Notes: generated by a model from the letters alone, not told the origin. DNA of 64,000 nucleotides from Octopus sinensis (GCF_006345805.1 NC_043024.1:2356001-2420000); one strand, 5' to 3'. Positions 1 through 12,320 are shown, numbered from the stretch's first letter. Program-made: numbers and translations.

Positions 1-107
1 ACCTTACCAGATCCTGTCGGGCCATCCAACCCATGCCAGGATGGAAAACAGACATTAAATGATGATGCAGATGATGTACACATGTGTCAGTTATGTTTCT
101 TTTTTGG

Positions 108-500
108 GTGAGGGCAGTGAGCTGGCAGAAATGTTAGCACGCCGGGCAAAATGCGTAGCTGTATTTCGTCTGCCGCTACGTTCTGAGTTCAAATTCCGCC
201 GAGGTTGACTTTGCTTTTCATCCTTTCGGGGTTGAAAAATTAAGTACCAGTTACGCACTGGGGCCGATATAATTGACTTAATCCGTTTGTCTGTCCTTGT
301 TTGTCCCCTCTGTGTTTAGCCCGTGGTGGGTAGTAAAGAAATAGGTATTTCGTCTGGTTTTACGTTCTGTGTTCAAATTCCGCCGAGGTCGACTTTACCT
401 TTCATCCTTTCGGGGTCAATAAATTATGTACCAGTTACGCACTGAGGTCGATGTAATCGACTTAATCCGTTTGTCTGTCCTTGTGGGTAGTAAAGAAATA
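108..500 (+). mobile_element. SINE family A (tRNA-like head, tandem ~180-bp body units), 2 units
   Basis: GAGCTGGCAG..TTAGCACGCCGG head and GAGTTCAAATTCC B-box-like motif. 16-bp TSD TATGTTTCTTTTTTGG at 92-107 / 501-516. Confidence 0.85.
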
Positions 501-626
501 TATGTTTCTTTTTTGGAGGCAGTCATGACATGCAATTTCCCTTTCGAGACAAAAGATTTCACAGTGGAGGAATTTTTATGTAATTAATTACACAAATGGA
601 AGGAAGATTCCTGCTATATTTCATAA

Positions 627-1682
627 TCAAACTTTTTCCCCCGTGTGTATTCGTTTGTGAACAACAAGACTAGAATTCTGTCTGAAAGATTTGCCACATA
701 TTTCACAATGGAAAGGTTTCTCTCCCGTATGAATCCGTTTATGAGTTGTTAAATCACTGTTGGACACAAAAGATTTCCCACAGGTCTCACAACGAAAAGG
801 CTTTTCTCCCGTATGCATTCTTCTGTGAACCGCCAGATGGGAATTTTGGGTGAAAGATTTCCCACAGATTTCACAGTGAAAAGGTTTCTCCCCGGTGTGA
901 GTTCGTTTATGAGTTGTTAAGTTACTACTGTCAAGAAACGATTCCCCGCAAATGTCACACTGAAAAGGGTTTTCTCCCGTATGCGTCCGGTTGTGTTTCG
1001 TTAATTCGCCGTTAGTGACGAACGATTTACCGCAGATTTCACAGTGAAACAGTTTCTCGCCAGAATGCCGTCGCTTGTGAATCGCCAAATTACTCCTGGA
1101 AACGAAGGATTTTTCACAAATATCACAATGATAGGGTTTCTCTCCCGTATGACTCCGTATGTGGATCAGAAGATTCGGATTTCGAACGAAGGACTCCCCA
1201 CATATTTCGCACCGAAACGGTTTGATTCCCGAATGGATCTTCATGTGTCTTCTCAACACAAGACCGCTGACGAAGGTCTTGTCACAGGTTTGACAATGGA
1301 ACGGTTTCTCTCCGGTATGACTACGCACATGGATGACAAGCTCCGCATTCTGAAAGAAAGATTTCTCGCAGATCTGACACTGGAACGGTTTATCGCAGAC
1401 GTGGATTTTCTTGTGCCTCGTTAACTTAATCTTGGAGACGAACGATTTCTTACACATTTCACACTCGAGCAGGTTCCCCTTCTTCTGGTGCGTGTCTCTG
1501 TGCGCCAATAACTTCTGCTCCGAAGAGAATGGTTTCTTACATATTCCACAACTATATTCAGCAATATTCTTACGTGTAGATCTTTGTTTAGTAAATCTTT
1601 CTTTACATAAAGGTTCCTTACCATTCTTCTGTGACTCTTTTACAGAACCAGCATCGTTCTTCAGGGGATTAACGCGATCCAT
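627..1682 (-). CDS. ZF1: C2H2 zinc-finger protein, 11 fingers (subfamily A)
   Basis: ORF 627..1724 has 11 C-x2-C-x12-H-x3-H units with TGEKP linkers. The second Met (1682, MDRVNPL) aligns with the starts and leader context of the paralogs, so it is preferred as the start. Confidence 0.92.
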   Translation of the reverse strand: MDRVNPLKNDAGSVKESQKNGKEPLCKERFTKQRSTRKNIAEYSCGICKKPFSSEQKLLAHRDTHQKKGNLLECEMCKKSFVSKIKLTRHKKIHVCDKPFQCQICEKSFFQNAELVIHVRSHTGEKPFHCQTCDKTFVSGLVLRRHMKIHSGIKPFRCEICGESFVRNPNLLIHIRSHTGEKPYHCDICEKSFVSRSNLAIHKRRHSGEKLFHCEICGKSFVTNGELTKHNRTHTGENPFQCDICGESFLDSSNLTTHKRTHTGEKPFHCEICGKSFTQNSHLAVHRRMHTGEKPFRCETCGKSFVSNSDLTTHKRIHTGEKPFHCEICGKSFRQNSSLVVHKRIHTGEKV

Positions 1683-1818
1683 GTTAATCCAAACCGGATT
1701 ATCTAAACGTGGTAGAAATGTCAATTACTATAATCTCTTATGTGTCAGTTTCATGTCTCAGTTGCTGTGCTTTAGTTGTTTATTAATTATAATTACATTA
1801 ATTAAGGTTCCAAGTCAA

Positions 1819-1889
1819 CGGTGTTGTTCCAAATATTTTCCTTTTGTCAGCGACACCGGTGTCATAAATAAAAGTTCCCTAACATAATT
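1819..1889 (-). promoter_or_regulatory. Conserved upstream module of ZF1
   Basis: AATTATGTTAGGGAAC .. GACACCGGTGTC (palindrome) .. GGAAAATAT .. CAACACCG. Confidence 0.55.
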
Positions 1890-2665
1890 TAACACCTTCA
1901 GAATCATCTTCAATATTATCAATTTGCTCTGTCCCACTATATCCAATATAGATTTTAAAAAAAACGGTACTACTAGCGAACAGTGGTCCCGGTGCACGCG
2001 CCCATGCGCTAGCTAGTCGTAAGTAGTCGATCCTACGACTTTTTAACCCTAACCTTAGTTTGTTTATAAAAATAATTTATTTACTTAGTTTAAAAAATTA
2101 TTTAGGATCGACTACTTACGACTACCTAGCGCGGATGCACGCGTGCGCGCACCGGGACCACTGTTCGCTACTAGTACGAAAACAGAAAAACTATCATCCC
2201 GTAAAATATTGCTTGCCCGCTAGACATAGCAGCTAATTCCCGTTCCGATTACACTAATCTTCCCATTAAAGAGACGAGCAGATTTGATTCTGTTGTTCTT
2301 AAGTGTTTCTCACCAATTTTTACCTATGGACCCCTTTGGTTCCTATTTTATTCGGATGAACCCTCCGAGACATTTGATCCGCCGGGTTCGGTCTCCACAG
2401 GCAGAAGTTGACAAGTCCTTGCTCACAAAAAGTTAAAATCTAACGGCCATCCTCATCGTAGTTTTGTTCGTCTATGGCCTCCGTTGCCCAGGGCGTTGCA
2501 GTATTTGCATGCAAGCAGCTTCGAGGAGCCACAGGTGGGAACTATGTACCAGGTGAGGACCAAAACGGATGAACTACTCCGAAGAGCACCACATGTCCCC
2601 CTATCAAAGGTACTACTACATCCAGATGCCCATACACAAGCACGTATAAGCACACACACACATAG

Positions 2666-2745
<80 letters not shown>

Positions 2746-3014
2746 AAAGACAGATAAATAGATAGATAGATAGATAGATTAGACAGACAAATAGATAGAC
2801 AGATAGATAGATAGATAGATAGACAGACAAATAGATAGATAAATAGACAGGTAGATAGATAGATAGATAGATAGATAGACAGGTAGATAGATAGATAGAC
2901 AGACAGATAGATAGACAGACAAATAGATAGATAAATAGACAGGTAGATAGATAGACAGACAAATAGATAGATAGATAGACAGACAGACACACAGACAAAT
3001 AGATAGATAGATAG
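2666..3014. repeat. Compound (TA)n(GA)n(TAGA/CAGA)n microsatellite
   Basis: Read directly from sequence. Confidence 0.95.
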
Positions 3015-3830
3015 TAAAACTGAAATAGAATGTGGGTCTGAGGGTGTCTATAGAAGAGACTATAAGACATCCAAAGGCATCACCACAGCCAAAGATCAAT
3101 GACCAGTGGCGAAGGGAAATAACCACTAAGAGTTTTACCTTTAAAACAAGGCTTTTCCACCTCCATATTTCAAAGAGGTTTCAGGCCAGCAAGGTTTGGG
3201 GCCTAAAGCTACGCTAAAAGGCTAAACCCCTTATGAGCGAGAAACCCAGAGTAACCCTATAAACCAGCCCACTCCACTATAATATATATTTATATATATG
3301 TATATATATGGTTACAATGAGGATATAAATAACAATTGCAGGTGAATTTGTGTGTGTAAGCACCGTCCCGACTGGCCTCGTGCCGGTGGCACGTAAAAAG
3401 CACCATCCGTCCGTGGCAGTTTGCCAGCTCCGTCTGGCACGTAAAAAGCACCCACTACACTCACGGAGTGGTTGGCGTTAGGAAGGGCATCCAGCCGTAG
3501 AAACACTGCCAGATCAGACTTGGCCTGGTGCAGCCTTCTGGCATCCCAGACCCCAGTTGAACCGTCCAACCTATGCTAGCATGGAAAGCGGACGCTAAAT
3601 GATGATATATATATATATATTCTGCATGATTCTTTACTTCATATTAGCTGTAAGAATGCCTTGTACACTCTCAGAATGCCTTGTACACTCTCAGTAGTGT
3701 TAGAATCTAATGAAATTGCTTTTCCATGTTTTTCAGTTATGGATAAGTATGTGTGTGTGTGTGTGCTTGTGTGTACATGACTAAAGGACACTGAAAACTG
3801 CTTCTATGTAATATTTTAACCAGAGTTTAA

Positions 3831-4279
3831 CCCTTTTGTTACTGTATCTATTTAGAGATGCTCTGTGTTTCTTTCAATTATTTTAAATATAATAAAGAAT
3901 TTAGTAAAATAACTTTAAGCTAGTGTTAGGAACATAAATTGTGACTAAGGTTTGGTGGAAGATTTTAATTCAGAACTTTTGAAAAGACATTTGTACTCAG
4001 AGCAAAAGGTAGTTTCAGCCAGGTTGGTATCAAAAGGGTTAAATTAATCATTTGTTAACCCTTTTGTTACCATATTTCTGTTGAGATGCTCTGTGTTTCT
4101 TTCAATTAATTTTAAATATAACAAAGAATTTAGTAAAATAACTTGGTTATCATTAAGCTAGTATTAGGAACATAAATTGTGACTAAGGTTTGGTGGAAGA
4201 TTTTAATTAAAAAATTATGAAAACAAGACATTTGTACTCAGAGCCAGAACCAGTTTCAGTTGGGTTGGTAACGAAAGGG
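3831..4279. mobile_element. Two tandem piggyBac-type MITEs (3831-4038, 4059-4279)
   Basis: TTAA|CCCTTT ... AAAGGG|TTAA on both copies. Confidence 0.8.
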
Positions 4280-4989
4280 TTAAAAGAACAGATTTTACTT
4301 ATTGTCAGGTTGTTGGCACTATTGTCACAATGATCTAGAAAGTTAAGAAACATCAACAGTCTTTTCTTTGCAAAGAATTTAAATCAAATTTGCAGATATC
4401 TTAATTTTATTGAAGCTAATTGTGAACATACTTTGTAGAGGTGAGCAAATGAGAAATAACAGTTGCTACCCAAACACAAAAATCGTGTTACACTGTAATT
4501 TTCCGTATTCTTCACAATGATATGATTTTTGGATCTTTTCGGTTTGAACGGCAGTTTTTTTAAATAATTTCTAGGTAACTAAAAAACTTTAAACTTCGTA
4601 TACTGGTAGAATGTGTTTATAAAACATCTTTTTTCTTTTCGCTTTATTGAGAAAATTCTATAGTTTGTAAGATATTTGTTGTTCTTTTTTTCTTCAATTT
4701 CTGCAATTTCAACCAATCAATGGCATCTATTGAGGTGAAAACATTCTGTGCTGTATGAATATGTCCCTCGTTTAAGAAACAGATTGGGTTTATTTATATT
4801 TGTGAAGAAAAAAAAGATACTCTTCCCCCACCATTAACCCTAAAACAGATTGAAATGCAATAGATCGATACTAGGGTCATAATTATGGGTGACAATTTCA
4901 TATGACGCCGCTAGAAAAAAACTGCCGTTCAAACTGAAAAGATCCCGATTTTTCGTTATGGTTACTAGATGAAAGACTTGTTACATATT

Positions 4990-6084
4990 TCACGGTGAAT
5001 ATGTTCCACTCAAGTGTGTATTTTTATGCGCCAGCAATTCTTTCCTAGACACAAAAGACTTCATACAAACAACACAGTTTTCCCCCGTGTGAGTCCTTTT
5101 ATGAGATGTCAGTTCACTGCTGGAGACAAAACATTTCCCACAGATCTCACAGCGATGCTGTTTGTCCCCAGTATGTCTCCGTTTGTGCATCGTTAAGTCA
5201 CTGTTAGAAACGAAAGACAAACCACAAATTTCACAACGAAAGGGCTTTTCTCCAGTATGCCTTCGTATGTGAAATATAAGATGAGAATTCTGCCTGAAAG
5301 ATTTCCCGCATATTTCACAACGAAAAGGTCTCTCTCCCGTGTGGGTCCGTTTATGAGTTATCAAGTTGCTACTATCAAGGAACGAATCCCCGCAAATGTC
5401 ACAACGAAAAGGGGTTTCCCCCGTATGCGTCCGGTTGTGTTTGGTTAATTCGTCATTAGCCACGAACGATTTACCGCAGATTTCACAACGAAACGGTTTC
5501 TCGCCAGAATGTATTTTCTTGTGATGTACCAAATTACTACTAGACACGAAAGATTTCCCACATATATCACAATGATAGGGTTTCTCTCCCGTATGACAAC
5601 GCGTGTGGATAACAAAACTCTTTTTCCAGAAGAAGGATTTCCCACAGATCTTGCAGCAAAACGGTTTTTCTCCAGTGTGTAGGTTCCTATGTTCCTTCAG
5701 GTTGCTTACACTCACGAACGACTTATCACATATTTCGCAATGGAACGGTTTCTCTCCCGTATGGCTACTCATATGAGCAACAAGCTTGCATTTGTGAACA
5801 AAATATTTCCCACAGATTTCGCAACGGAACAGTCTTTCTCCAGAATGGAACCTCTTGTGACTTGTCAAATTACTTTTGGACACATAGGATTTCTCACATA
5901 CTTCACAGCGGAATGGTTTCTGGTGGATTTTCTTGTGCTTTAATAAATCATCTTCTGAAGTGAATGGTTTCTTGCAAATACCACAGCTATATTCTGTAAT
6001 ATTCCTGCGTAAAGATCTTCGTTTAGTAAATGGTTCTTTACATAAAGATTCCTTACCATTGTCCAAATTATCAACATTTTCCAT
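4990..6084 (-). CDS. ZF2: C2H2 zinc-finger protein, 12 fingers (subfamily A)
   Basis: 364-aa ORF, 12 fingers, N-terminus MENVDNLD..GKESLCKEPFTK..NITEYSC. Confidence 0.93.
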   Translation of the reverse strand: MENVDNLDNGKESLCKEPFTKRRSLRRNITEYSCGICKKPFTSEDDLLKHKKIHQKPFRCEVCEKSYVSKSNLTSHKRFHSGERLFRCEICGKYFVHKCKLVAHMSSHTGEKPFHCEICDKSFVSVSNLKEHRNLHTGEKPFCCKICGKSFFWKKSFVIHTRCHTGEKPYHCDICGKSFVSSSNLVHHKKIHSGEKPFRCEICGKSFVANDELTKHNRTHTGETPFRCDICGDSFLDSSNLITHKRTHTGERPFRCEICGKSFRQNSHLIFHIRRHTGEKPFRCEICGLSFVSNSDLTMHKRRHTGDKQHRCEICGKCFVSSSELTSHKRTHTGENCVVCMKSFVSRKELLAHKNTHLSGTYSP

Positions 6085-6244
6085 ATTAATTAACCAGGAA
6101 TTCTTAAAAGCTGTAGAAATGTCTGTGGATATAATCTATTACAGCTAAGTGTTATGTCTTCGATATCATGAAACTTCCTTTACGTGATTTAATTAATTTA
6201 ATTGGACTAATTATAACTAATTATAAAAATGCTGAGGGAAGGTG

Positions 6245-6318
6245 CCCGGTGTCAAAGGAAAACTGTTCTCCACTGAATAACATCGGTGACAGTTGACAAA
6301 AGGTTCCCTAACATAATT
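6245..6318 (-). promoter_or_regulatory. Conserved upstream module of ZF2
   Basis: AATTATGTTAGGGAAC .. GTCACCGAT .. GACACCGGG. Confidence 0.55.
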
Positions 6319-8663
6319 TAACACACTAGAGACACTATCGAATTTATCGCACCAGAAGCGAATACACCGATTCCTTTATTTTGGCACTCTGGCCACGAAC
6401 ACAGAAGGGGAAACTACAAGGACAGACACAGCACCAAAGTGGGGACAATAAACATAAAACGAATGAAGATGAATATTATATAATAATGGAAAATGAAATG
6501 GCTATATGGGCCCAAGAAGCGAATACCCTACCCTGCAAAATAACGAACAAACTTCAGCCTGGTTGATCTACATGCTAGAACTAGCAGCTAAAGTCTCTTT
6601 AGATTATATCCTACTGTTTCACAAAAAAATACATTTGCTATTATAGTCCAAGATAAGAAGAGAAAAATAAGAAAACTACATTTTCACAAGTGAAATGTCC
6701 GTGACAAGTCATCGATCTTTTCGAGTGTGCTGGTGTGGGAATAAAGGATCGATGATTTTATTCAAACCATAAGGGTTAAACGAAGAGGGGACAATATACG
6801 AGACAAAGAGGGGTCGGGACTTATAGTATGAGATTACATAGCCGTATTTCGTCTGTCGTTACGTTCTGAGTTCAAATTCCGCCGAGGTCGACTTTGCCTT
6901 TCATCCTTTCGGGGTCGATAAATTAAGTACCAGTTTCCATCTGAGGTCGATGTAATCGACTTAATCCCTTTGTCCTTGTTTGTCCCCTCTATGTTTAGCC
7001 CCTTGTGGGCAATAAAGAAATACATTATACTTTCAGATGAAAATGAAAGAATGAATGGACGTGGAATGGGTTTGAACCCCCACCAACCGCATTCCTGCGA
7101 TGAACCGTTTACTTCGTCCTTCTCCAGATATGCTTTCCCTATTAAGTGATATAAAAAGAGGACGTAACTTCGGTATAGGTACCGGATACATTTCAAGAAA
7201 GTGTTTTTTTCTTTTATATATATATATGGGGGGGTTAGGGTTAGGGGTGGGAGAAAAGGGTTTCTGTTATCTTCAGAAATGTAAACAAAGCCACTTCCGG
7301 TACTTATACCGAAGGATCGCCCCTCTTTGGTGTGCTTACGTCCCCGTAACCTTGCAGTTGGGTAAACGAGGCTTTAAAGAATAGGTACGGAGGTGTATTA
7401 ATTCCACTAAAAATTGAAGGCGGTGCCCCCGTATGGCCGCAGTCTAATTACTGAAACATGTAAAAGATAGTATCTTTTATCTGTTAATTTTCCATTTGAT
7501 CCTACAGAAGAAATAACAAGGTTTTGTATGGAAGACCAGCAGTCGCCCATGCATACCAGCCTCACCTCTCCGTGCCACCGATGTTACCCAAGGGAAAAGC
7601 AAAGGGACCGATACAGCTTGGCAACAGAAACGTTGCAGCTCATTTCTACAGCTGAGTGAACTGGAGCAACGTGAAACAAAGAGTCTTGTTCAAGAACACA
7701 ACACACAGCCTGGTCTGGGAATTAAACTCACTACCTCATGGTTGTGAGCACTGCATTTTAGCCACTAAGCCACACACAATCACTGTCAGAGGATCAATTC
7801 TGTATTTTACTATCATGTGTTACTCTCTTTTACTCGTTTCAGTCATTTGACTGTGGCCATGCTGGAGCACCGCCTTTAGTTGAGCAAATCGACCCCAGGA
7901 CTTCTATCGGTCTCTTTTGCCGAACCACTTAGTTATGGGGGATGTAAACACACCAGCACCAGTTGTCAAGCGATGTTGATGGGACAAACACAGACACATA
8001 TATATATATATATACAGTTCCATCTGTCAAATCATTCCACCCATGCCAGCATGGAAGGCAGACATTAAGCGATAATGACGATGATGAAAATTATAAAAAT
8101 TTTTTTTTTAGGAATACATTTGAAAACATTAGAGACATTTTTTAATAAAATATGTTGGTGAGATAAAATGAAAAACTAGTAACCAAGTTTTAGAAGCAGA
8201 AATTAAGGTTTATTTGGATAAAAATGTTGAATTTCAATTAGATAACAATATATAGGCAACAACGTTCACTTCTGATGTTTCAAATTCATTGAAGGCTGTA
8301 GCATCGTAAATTACCAGTCTCTGAGGACAGAGGGGAAGCAATAAAAAAAATAACAGATTCAAAAATAAAATAGAAACACAAGAAATTCTTTCATTATTAT
8401 ACAAGTCCTGTATTTTCCAGCGTATCAGTCGACATAGCAGAGAATGTAAATATATAAACATCTAAGCACCACCAGTATCTTCCCAAATCTTGCTGCATCT
8501 CACAAGGAATTTTTGGTCCTACAAAGTAGTCTTGGTGCATGAGTCGTGTTACCTTTCCTGGTTGTAAACTGGAATGGATTTAAAGCTTGGCAGGCCCTGG
8601 ATACTTCAAGCTGTGGGTCTTTCATACACAGAAATTAAAATCCATGAAAAATTATCAAATTTA

Positions 8664-9082
8664 GGATCTTTTCGGTTTGAACGGCAGTCTTTTCTAGCGG
8701 TGTCATATGAAATTGTCACCCATAATTATGACCCTAGTATCGATCTATTGCATTTCAATGTTTTAGGGTTAGTGTTAGGGGTGGGTGGAAGGGTATCTTT
8801 TTTTCTTCACAAATGTAAATAAACCCAATCTGCTTCTTAAACGAGGGACATATTCATACAGCACAGAACATTTTTTTTTACCTCAATAGACGTCAGTGAT
8901 TGGTTGAAATTGCAGAAATTGAAAAAAAAAAACAACAAATATCTTACAAACTATAGAATTTTCTCAATAAAGCCAAGAGAAAAGCATGTTTTATAAACAC
9001 ATTCTACCAGTATACGAAGTTTAAAAGTGTTTAGTTACATGGAAATTATTTTAAAAAACTGCCGGTCAAACCGAAAAGATCC
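8664..9082. mobile_element. ~415-bp MITE family M1 (TIR GGATCTTTTCGGTTTGAACGGCAG), 8-bp TSD
   Basis: Perfect TSD CAAATTTA at 8656-8663 / 9083-9090. Copies at 4531-4945, 10751-11026 (partial), 12950-13337, 14205-14621, 45122-45783 (internal duplication) and 54912-55341 (rearranged). Confidence 0.85.
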
Positions 9083-10268
9083 CAAATTTACATTTCAAAA
9101 TCAGTCTTTAAATACATCTGTCGGTGCAAAATTTTGTCATCTCAACAAAGTACTGCAAGTTCCATCAATTTACCATTCTATTCTACAATATGAGCAAAAC
9201 GACTTTCTATTTACACTTTGCAGCTGAAAAAATCTTTAATGAATTTCTCAAACTGTACATTACGGAGATGTACTTGCATAGCAAGTGACTTCATCTTAGA
9301 TCGTGTGCTGGAACGAAAACAATCGCAGCGTGGAAGGTGTTTATAAGCCATTTAAGAAACACACAAAAACCGTTTCTCATCTCTGCATCTTAAGTTTACT
9401 GATGCAGAAAGAACAACTTCCTCCAAGGTTGATGCTAATTTGTCTTTCATCTGTGTTTCTACACATTCCTGGCATCCAGTTCCAAGTATTCATACCAAAG
9501 TTTACCCAAAAAACCATTTAGATCCATCACTTTATGCAGATAAATTTCAACTCTTTAAATATCTTTGTGTACTGTTAAAATTTAGAAGAATCCATCAGAG
9601 AAGTTTCAAGACAACTCCCTTTATCTGAGCTCCATATCTTAGTTCAGGTATTTATTCCAAACCATCTTTAACAGAACGGTTTCTTCATAAATGACAGTGA
9701 TAAATATTACCTACAACTTTCGGGATTCATCATCATCATCGTTTAACGTCCATTTTCCGCGCTAGCATGGGTTGGACGGTTCGACCGGGGTCTGGGAAGC
9801 CAGGGCTGCACCAGGCTCCAGTCTGATCTGGCAGTGTTTCTACAGCTGGATGCCCTTCCTAACGCCAAACACTCCGCGAGTGTAGTGGGTGCTTTTTACG
9901 TGCCACCTGCACAGGTGCCAGGAGGGTCTGCCTGTTTTAATTAATCAAACCCATTAGACGTTAATCAAACTGCTCAAAATTAATTAATAAGCACCAAAAT
10001 TTCAATGTGCTAAGATCCTAAACATCAGGTCTCTCTCAGCTAGAAATACTGCAACGACCACAAAACAATACCAGTTCTCTCCCAGCCAGAAACACTGCAA
10101 TGAAAACAAAATACCAAGTCCCAGCAGGAAATACTGGAATGACAACAATACAATACTCCAGTCCAGTAGTTCTTGGAACTTTTAAGATTTATGGGGACGG
10201 AAGGGGTCCATAATTGTAGAAATTTCCATGTGTAGAACCAGTGAATATACTTCACTGAAAATTAGATA

Positions 10269-10415
10269 TATATATTTACGAAGTCGAGACAAATATCCGC
10301 AGCTAGCAGGCTTATGCTAGTCTAGACTGATGATGGGCAAAGACCCTGAAACATGCGTGTCTCTAGATGCAGGCCTAGCTGTTGGGGGTATTTGTCTCCC
10401 CTTCGTAAATATATA
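10269..10415 (+). ncRNA. Type I hammerhead ribozyme fold with long extended stem I
   Basis: Stem I UCUAGA 10321-26 / 10362-67. CUGAUGA 10327-33. Stem II GGG-CAAAGA-CCC 10335-46. GAAA 10348-51. Stem III ACA-UGCG-UGU 10351-60. GUC site at C10361. Outer pairings 10300-06/10375-81, 10286-98/10386-98 and 10269-83/10401-15. Confidence 0.8.
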
Positions 10416-11029
10416 AGGACACAGGGAAAAAATGTGTCGAAGCCGGCAGGAAGCGTTGATGCTTCCTAGGGCTAAACAGCGGTGGTGTAATCCCCTACTG
10501 TCACGTTAAGTTGACAGTATACAACCATTACAAATTCGCAAACATTTTCCTGAAAATGCCGAAAAATAAAAGCGATGATGGGTTACTTAAACCAGAAATT
10601 CAGCTCATTTCCCCAAAAATATTTCATAATAATAGAAGTTCCACCACGACCACCACAAAGTGTATATTCTTTTGAGTGTTGTTAAATCATTAAAGACAAA
10701 TGATTTCTCCACATGACGGGAGCTTACAAAAGGCTGTAAACAACAACTTCGGATCTTTTCGGTTCGAACGGTAGTTTTTTTCTAGCGGTGTCATATGAAA
10801 TTGTCACCCATAACTGTGACCCTAGTATCGATCTATTGCATTTCAATCTGTTTTAGGGTTAGTTAGGGGTGGTGGGAAGGGTATCTTTTTTTCTTCAGAA
10901 ATGTAAATAAACCCAATCTGTTTCTTAAACAAGGGACATATTCATACGGCACAGAATGTTTTTGTTTTACCTCAATAGACGTCATTGATTGGTTGAAATT
11001 GCAGAAATTGAAGAAGAAAAAAAACAATG

Positions 11030-12193
11030 CTATGAAACAGTTTTGTCTCTTGCGTGTATTTTTTTATGCAAACCAAGGGCTGAGCTGTGGGAGAAAGATT
11101 TCCCACACAGCCCACAATGATAAGGTCTTTCTCCAGTGTGGACTCTTTTGTGAGAGACAAGATGGGCATTTTGAGTGAAAGATTTACCACAAGTATCACA
11201 GTGGAACCGTTTTTCCCCAGTGTGTGTTCGTTTATGGGTCCTTAAATTACTGTTGTCGAGAAAACTTTTTCCACAAATCTCACAATGAGAAGGTCTTTCT
11301 CCTGTATGGACTCTGATATGTTTCACCAAATCGTTTTTAGACAGGAAAGACTTCTCGCATACTTGACAGTGGAACGGTTTCTCTCCTGTGTGAATTCGTT
11401 TGTGTCTGGCTAAATTACTTCTAGAGACGGAAGGAATTCCACATAGGTCACAGTGGAATGGTTTCTCCCCGGTGTGACTCCGTATATGGATGACAAGACT
11501 GGATTTCCAACAGAAAGATTTCCCGCATATTTCACACTGAAACGAACTTTCTTTAGTGGGCGTTTCCAAATCATATTTCTCTAAATCAACACTTCCGACG
11601 AATTCTTCCCCATCTGTTTGACTCGGGGAGGTCTTCTCTCCGGCATGGTTTCGCATATGGAGAATAAAACTCGGTTTATGAACGAAAGTGTTACCGCATA
11701 TTTCGCACCGAAACAGAATCGTCCTCGCGTGGATCTTTGAATGTGTTTTCAAGACAGAAAAATACGCGAAAGTTTTCCCGCAGGTTTCACAATGGAACGG
11801 TTTCTCTCCAGTATGGCTACGTACGTGGATAATCAGACCCGAATTATGGAAGAAAGACTTCCCGCATATTTCACAAGGAAACAACCTTTCCCTACTGTGT
11901 CGTCTCTTGTGCCACGTTAATTTCTTCCTGGAGACAAAACACTTCTGACAGATTTCACACTCATGGGACTTTTCGCTCTTGTGTGTGCGTGTGTGCTTAG
12001 ATAATTCCTGTTCCGAAGAGAATATCTTCTTACAGATCTCACAGCTATACTCACTAACATCTCCGTCTGACGATTCCTGTTTAGTAAATGTCTCATCACA
12101 CAAGGTCTTCTCTCCGTGGTCTGTCTGTGGAATTGAATCTGCATCGCTAAAAACAGTCGCGTTTGAAGAATCCGCGTCGTGAACGTCTTCCAT
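11030..12193 (-). CDS. ZF3: C2H2 zinc-finger protein, 5+6 fingers split by an acidic spacer
   Basis: 387-aa ORF, 11 intact fingers, with a finger-length segment lacking Cys/His (SQTDGEEFVGSVDLEKYDLET). Confidence 0.93.
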   Translation of the reverse strand: MEDVHDADSSNATVFSDADSIPQTDHGEKTLCDETFTKQESSDGDVSEYSCEICKKIFSSEQELSKHTRTHKSEKSHECEICQKCFVSRKKLTWHKRRHSRERLFPCEICGKSFFHNSGLIIHVRSHTGEKPFHCETCGKTFAYFSVLKTHSKIHARTILFRCEICGNTFVHKPSFILHMRNHAGEKTSPSQTDGEEFVGSVDLEKYDLETPTKESSFQCEICGKSFCWKSSLVIHIRSHTGEKPFHCDLCGIPSVSRSNLARHKRIHTGEKPFHCQVCEKSFLSKNDLVKHIRVHTGERPSHCEICGKSFLDNSNLRTHKRTHTGEKRFHCDTCGKSFTQNAHLVSHKRVHTGERPYHCGLCGKSFSHSSALGLHKKIHARDKTVS

Positions 12194-12320
12194 ATTCGTC
12201 GAACTGGAATTCTTGCAATCCGTAGAAAGATCTGGAACTGTATTCTGCCACAGAGCTGGGTTCTAGTGTCGGATATGATGGAAAATGCTTCCACTGGATG
12301 TGATCACATTCGTCGAAGAT

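Noticed and set aside
1683-1724. Longer ORF-track starts for ZF1 (1724) and ZF5 (GTG 24113)
   Set aside because: Paralog alignment places the conserved leader and initiator at 1682 and 24107.
2453-3126. ORFs rich in YLSI/IYIY/CVCV (also 12494-12964, 14971-15416, 54492-54756, 56540-56986)
   Set aside because: Translations of microsatellites.
8400-10257. Possible minus-strand 5'-UTR exons for ZF2 (acceptor-like TTTCAG at ~10257)
   Set aside because: Only weak by-eye similarity to the subfamily B exon and no clear donors; cannot be supported without RNA data.
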